DNA of 64,000 nt from assembly GCA_964016885.1 (NCBI GenBank), contig OZ024741.1, forward strand, positions 230,578,001 to 230,642,000. Direction: 5' to 3'. How positions within the stretch are numbered: position 1 is the stretch's first letter; every line of letters starts with the position of its first letter. Source of the stretch: Eledone cirrhosa (lineage: Eukaryota). Below, piece by piece: positions 57,320 to 64,000 of the stretch. The notes below the pieces were generated by a model. That model was not told the DNA's origin. It saw only the letters and a list, made by a program, of their open reading frames with translations, and did no database searches. The translations under genes and the position numbers were made by a program.

Positions 57320-60300
57320 TGTATATATAGTGTATATTGAAATACATTGTATGCTTAATTAAAAGCATTTCGAAGACCTTACGCTATTGTTTTAGAGTAG
57401 TGACAGTCTCACTTACTTTAAATGTTCATCAAACAGGAGAGATAAAGCTGACAGAGCTCTGTTTCATACTGATTGGTACTTATCAAAGCCAAGTACTCTA
57501 CCTGTTTGCTGAAAATCATGAATGTTTGATTCTTATAGAATTCTAGTAATAATCAGGAACTGATTATACAGAGCGTTTACAGGTCAAGCAGAAATTGAAA
57601 ATAGGAATTGGTGTTCTGAAATAGCAATATATATATGAATGTATATATAGAGTATTTTGCAATACACTGTATGCTTACTTAAAAGCAATAGCGTAAGGTG
57701 TTCGAAATGCTTTTAATTAAGCATACATTGTATTGCAAAATACACTATAGACACATTCATATATATATCGCTATTTTAGAGCACCAATTCCAATTTTCAA
57801 TTTCTGCTTGACCAGCAACCGCTCTGTATAATCAGTTCCTGATTATTACTAGAATTCTATAAGTATCAAACACTCATGATTTTCAGCAAAAAGATGGAGT
57901 ATATGGGTAATAAGTACCAATCAGTACGAAACAGAGGTCTGTCAGCTTTATCTACCCTGTTTGCTAAACAATTAAAGTAAGTGAGACTGTCACTACTCTA
58001 AAACAATAGCGTAGGGTCTTCGAAATGATTTTAATTAAGCATACAGTGTATTGCAAAATACACTATATATACATTCATATATATATCGCTATTTCAGAGC
58101 ACGAATTCCAATTTATAATTTCTGCTTGAGCGGCAACCTCTCTGTATAATCTGTTCCTGATTATTACTAGAATTCTATAAGAATCAAACATTCATGTTTT
58201 TCAGCAAACAGGCGGAATACTTGGCTTTGATAAGTACCAATCAGTACGAAACACAACACTGTCAGATTTATCTCCCCTGTTTGCTGAAAATTTAAAGTAA
58301 GTGAGACTGTCACTACTCTAAAACAATAGCGTAAGGTCTTCGAAATGCTTTTAATTAAGCATGCAGTGTTATGCAAAATACACTATATATACATTCATAT
58401 ATATATATCGTTACTTAAGAGCACGAATTACAATTTTCAAATTTTTACTTGACCGGCAACCGCTCTGTATAATCAGTTCCTGATTATTAGTAGCATTCTA
58501 TGAGAATCAAACATTCATGATTTTCAGCAAACAATTGGAGTACTTGGCTTTAATAAGTACCAATCAGACCGAAAATAGTTCTGTCAGCTTTATCTCCGCT
58601 TTTTGCTGAAAATATAAATAAGTGAGACTGTCACTACTCTAAAACAATAGCGTAAGATCTTCGAAATGCTTTTAATTAAGCATACAGTGTATTGCAAAAT
58701 ACACTATATATACATCCATATATATATCGCTATTTCAGCGCACTAATTCCAATTTTCAATTACTGCTTGACCGGCAACCGCTCTGTATTATCAGTTCCTG
58801 ATTATTACTAGAATTCTCTAAGAATCAAACATTCATGATTTCCAGCAAACAAGTGGATAACTTGGTTTGATAAGTTCCAATCAGTAAGAAACAGAACTGT
58901 GTCAGCTTTAATCCCCTGTTTGCTGAAAATTTAAATTAAGTGAGACTGTCACTATCCTAAAACAATAGCGTAGGGTCTTCGAAATGCTTTTAATTAAGCA
59001 TGAAGTTCGTTATTTTAGAGCATCTGTTCCAATTTTAAATTTCGGCTTGACCGGCAACCGCTCTGTATATTCAGTTCCTGATTATTACGAGAATTCTATA
59101 AGAATCAAACATTCATGATTTTCAGCTAACAGGTGCAGTACTTGGCTTTGATATGTACCAATCAGTATGAAACAGAGCTCTGTCAGCTTTATCTCTCCTG
59201 TTTGATGAAAATTTAAAGTAAGTGAGACTGTCACTACACTAAAACATTATTGTAAGTTCCTCAAAATATTATTAATTCAGCATAGAGTCTATTGCAAAAT
59301 ACAATATATATATATTCATATTTATATCGTTATTTCAGAGCACCACTTCCAATTTTCAATTTCTGATTGACCGGCAACCGCTCTGTATAATCAGTTCCTG
59401 ATTATTACTAGAATTCTATAAGAAGCAATCATTCATGATTTTCAGCAATCAGGTGGTGTACTTGGCTTTGATAAGTGCCAATCAGTACGAAACAGAGCTC
59501 TGTCAGCTTTATCTCCCCTGTTTGCTGAAAATTAAAATTAAGTGAGACTGTCACTACTCAAAAACAATAATGTAAGGTCTTCGAAATATCTTTATTAAGC
59601 ATAAAGTGTATTGCAAAATACAATATATATATATTCATATATATATCGCTATTTTAGAGCACCAATTCCAATTTTCAATTTCTGCTTGACCGGCAACCGC
59701 TCTGTATAATCAGTTCCTGATTATTACTAGAATCAAACATTCATGATTTTCAGCAAACAGGTTCAGTACTTGGATTTGATAAGTTCCAATGAGTACGAAA
59801 TAGAAAACTGTTAGCTTTATCTCCCCCGTTTGCTGAAAATGTAACGTAAAAATGAGACTATCACTACTCTAAAACTATAGCGTAATGTCTTCGAAATGCT
59901 TTTAATTAAGCATACAGTGTATTGCAAAATACACTATATATATATATTAATATATATAGCGCTATTTCAGAGCACCGGTTCCAATTTTCAATTTCTGCTT
60001 GACCGGCAACCGTTTTGTATAATCAGTTTCTGGTATTACTAGAATTCTATAAGAATCAAACATTCATGATTTTCAGCAAACAGGTGGTGTACTTGGCTTT
60101 GATAAATATCAATCAGTACGAAACAGAGCTCGGTCAGCTTTATCTCCCGTGTGTGTGGAAAATTAAAATTAAGTGAGACTGTCACTACTCAAAAACAATA
60201 GCGTAAGGTCTTCGAAATATCTACAAATAAGCATACAGTGTATTGTAAAATACATTATATATACATTCATTAATATATATCGCAATTTCAGAGCACAAAT

Positions 60301-63300
60301 TAAGTGAGACTGTCACTACTCTAAAACAATAGCGTAAGGTCTTAGAAACATCTTTTAAGTAAGCATACAGTGCATTGCAAAATACACTATATATACATAC
60401 ATATATATATCGTTATATTGGAGCACCAATTCCAATTTAAAGTAAGTGAGACTCTTACTACTCTAAAACAATAGCGTAAGTTGTTCGAAATGTTTTAATT
60501 AAGCATACAATGTATTGCAAAATACACTATATATACATTTATATATATATCGTTATATTAGAGCAGTAATTCAAATTATCAATTTCTGCTTGACCGGAAC
60601 GGTTCTGTATAATCAGTTCCTGATTATTACTAGAATTCTATAAGAAACAAATATTCCTGATTTTCAGCAAACGGGTGGAGTACTTGGCTTTGATAAGTAC
60701 CAATCAGTACGAAACAGAGCTCTGTCAGCTTTATCTCCCCTCATTGCTGAAAATTAAAATTAAGTGAAACTGTCACTACTCTAAAACAATAGCGTAAGGT
60801 CTTCGAAATATCTTTAAGTAAGCATACAGTGTATTGTAAAATACACTATATATACTTCCATATATGTATCGTTATTTTAGAGCATCCATTCCAATTTTCA
60901 ATTTCTTCTTGACCGGCAACCGCTCTATCTAATCAGTTCCTTATTATTACTTGAATTCTATAAGAATCAAACATTCACGATTTTCAGCAGACAGTTCGTG
61001 TACTTGGCTTTGATAAGAATCAATTAGTACGAAACAGAGCACTGTTAGCTTTATATCCCCTGATTGCTGAAAATTGAAAGTAACTGAGACTGTCACTACT
61101 CTAAAACAATAGCGTAAAGTCTTGGAAATGCTTCTATTTAAGCATACAGTGTATTGCAACATACACTATATATACATTCATATATATATCGCTATCTCTG
61201 AGCACCAATGCCAATTTCAATTACTGCTTGACAGGCAGCCGCTCTGTGTAATCAGTTCCTGATTATTACTAGAATTCTATAAGAATCAAACATTCATGAT
61301 TTTCAGCGAACAGGTGGAGTACTTGGCCGTGATATGTACCAATCAGTACGAAACAGAACTCTGTCAGCTTTATCTCCCCTGTTTGCAGAAAAATTGAAAG
61401 TAAGTGAGACTGTCACTACTCTAAAACAATAGCATAAGGTCTTCCAAATGCTTTTAATTAAGCATACAGTGTATTGCAAAATACACTATATATACATTCA
61501 TATATATATCGCTATTTCAGAGCACCAATTCCAATTTTCAATTTCTGCTCGACCGGCGACCGCTCTGTATAATCTGTTCCTGATTATTACTAGAATTCTA
61601 TAAGAATCAAACATTCATAATTTTCAGGAAATAGGTTGAGTACTTGGCTTTGATATCTACCAATCAGTACGAAACACCATTCTGTCAGCTAAATGTCACT
61701 GTTTGCTGAAAATTTCAAGTAAGTGAGTCTGACACTACTCTAAAACAATAGCGTAATGACTACGAAATGCTTTTAATTGAACATACAGTGTATTGCAAAA
61801 TACACTATATATACATTCGTATATATATCGCTATTTCAGACAACTAATTCCAATTTACAATTTCTGTTTGACCGGCGACCGCTCTGTATTATCAGATCCT
61901 GAGTATTACTAGAATTCTATAAGAATCAAACATTCATGATTTTCAGCAAACAGGTTGAGTACTTGGCTTAGATAAGTACCAATCAGTACGAAACAGAGCG
62001 TGGTCAGCTTTATCTCCCCTGTTTGCTGAAAATTGAAAGTAAGTGAGACTGTCACTACTCTAAAACAATAGCATAAGGTCTTCGAAATTCTTTTAATTAA
62101 GCATACACTGTATTGCAAAATACCCTATATATACATACATATATCTATCGATATTTCAGAGCACCAATTCCAATTTTCATTTCCTGCTTGACCGGCGACC
62201 GCTCTGTATAATCAGATCCTGATTATTACTAGAATTCTATAAGAATCAAAGATTCATGATTTTCAGCAATCAGGTGGAGTATTTGGCTTTGATAAGTACC
62301 TATCAGTTCGAAACAGAGCTCTGTCAGCTTTATCTCCCCTGTTTGCTGCACATTTAAAGTAAGTGAGACTGTCACTACTCTAAAACAATAGCGTAAAGTT
62401 TTCGAAATGCTTTTATTTAAGCATACATTGTATTGCAAAATACACTATATATACATTCATATATATATCGCTATTTCAGAGCACCAATTCCAATTTTCAA
62501 TTTCTGCTTGACCGGCGACCGTTCTGTATAATCTGTTGCTGATTATTACTAGAATTCTATAAGAATCAAAGATTCATGATTTTTTGCAAACAAGTGGAGT
62601 ACTTGGCTCTAATAAGTACCAATCAGTACGAAATAGTGTTCTGTCAGTTTTATCTCCCCTGCTTGCTGAAAATTGAAAGTAAGTGAGACTGTCACTACTC
62701 TAAAACAATAGCGCAAAGTATTCTAAATGCTTTCAATTATGCATACAGTGTATTGCAAAATACATTATATATACATTCATTTGTATATTGCTATTTCAGA
62801 GCACCAATTCCAATTTTTAATTTCTGCTTGACCGGCGATCGCTCTGTATAATCAGTTCCTGATTATTATTAGAATTCTATAAGAATCAAATATTCATAAT
62901 TTCAGCAATCAGTTGCAGTACTTGGCTTTGATAAGTACCTATCAGTTCGAGTCAGAGCTCTGTCCGCTTTATCTCCCCTGTTTGCTGAACATTTCAAGTA
63001 AGTGAGTCTGTCACTACTCTAAAACAATAGCGTAAGGTCTTAGAAATGATTTTAATTAAGCATACAGTGTATTCCAATATACACTATATATACATTCATA
63101 TATATATCGCAATTTCAGAGCAGCAATTCCTATTTTCAATTTCTGCTTGACCGACAACCGCTCTGTATAATCAGTTCCTGATTGTTACTAGAATTCTATA
63201 AGAATCAATATTCACGATTTTCAGAAAATAGGTGGAGTACTTGGCTTTGATAATTCCCAATCAGTAAGATACAAAGATCTGTCAGTTTATCTGCCCTGTT

Positions 63301-64000
63301 TGCTGACAAATTTAAAGTAAGTGAGATTGATACTACTCTAAAACAAGAGCGTAAGGTCTTCGAAATGCTTTTAATTAAGAATACAGTGTATTGTAAAATA
63401 CACTATATATACATTCATATATCTATATCGCTATTTCAGAGCACCGATTCCAATTTTTTATTTCTGCTTGTCCGGCCACCGCTCTGTATAATCAGTTCCT
63501 GATTATTACTAGAATTTTATAAGGATAAAACATTCATAATTTTCAGAAAACAGGTGCAGTACTTGGCTTTGATACGGACCAATAAGTAGGAAACAGAGCT
63601 CTGTCAGCTTTATCTCCCCTGTTTGCTGAAAAATTTAAAGTTAGTGAGACTGTCACTACTCTAAAACAATAGCTTAAGGATTTCGAAATGCTTTTAATTA
63701 AGCATACAGTGTATTGCAAAATACACTATATATACATTCATATATATATATCGCTATTTCAGAGCAGCAATTCCAATTTTCAATTTCTGCTTGACCGTCA
63801 AACGTCCTGTATAATCAGTTTCTGATTATTACTAGAATTCTATAAGACCCAAATATTCATGATTTTCAGCAAACAGTTGGAGTACTTTGGCTCTTATAAG
63901 TACCAATCAGTACGAAATAGTGTCTGTCAGCTTTATCTCCCCTTTTTGCTGATAATTTAAAGTAAGTGAGACTGTCACTACTCTAAAACTATAGCGTAAT
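57318..64000 (+). repeat. ~320-bp tandem array with one type I hammerhead per full-length unit (retrozyme-like); first unit inverted; runs off the window end
   Basis: Period 320 (for example 61909 to 62229). 19 plus-strand and 1 minus-strand HHR-bearing segments counted by eye. Confidence 0.95.
60661..60753 (+). ncRNA. Best-preserved array hammerhead (U3:A8 variant); predicted cleavage after C60726
   Basis: ttttcagcaa...ggagtactt-ggct-TTGATAA-gtac(caatca)gtac-GAAAC-agagctct-GTC-agct-ttatctcc...ttgctgaaaa. Confidence 0.85.

Noticed and set aside
57337-62438. Repeated ~69-aa ORFs in the 320-bp array as a peptide gene family
   Set aside because: Antisense to the ribozyme, non-ATG starts, and broken by indels and stops in most units.
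57318-64000. CRISPR-like array or array of alternative coding exons
   Set aside because: No unique spacers or cas genes. The AG..GT segment is ~92 nt and has frequent frame-breaking mutations.

Overview
AT-rich, microsatellite-saturated animal genomic DNA. The repeat content is typical of a cephalopod/octopus, which is an inference and not a database result. Most track ORFs are (TA)n artefacts. Supported content: (1) three phase-1 exons of a plus-strand secreted or membrane EGF-repeat gene (13872-13935, 45302-45385, 45811-45960) with a ~31 kb first intron; (2) many decayed retroelements: Penelope-like elements (PLEs) with hammerhead ribozyme (HHR) motifs, two R4/Dong-like LINEs, RTE, RTE-X, L1/Tx1 and CRE fragments, and tRNA-type SINEs; (3) non-autonomous Helitrons; (4) from 57.3 kb to the window end, a ~320-bp tandem array with 20 type I hammerhead motifs, one per full-length unit, of Schistosoma-like architecture with a compensatory U3:A8 core (retrozyme-like); (5) an inverted SINE hairpin at ~14.9-15.2 kb with clustered A-to-G changes on the same strand in both arms, which looks like an ADAR-hyperedited RNA written back into DNA. 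Alignments and counts were done by eye.
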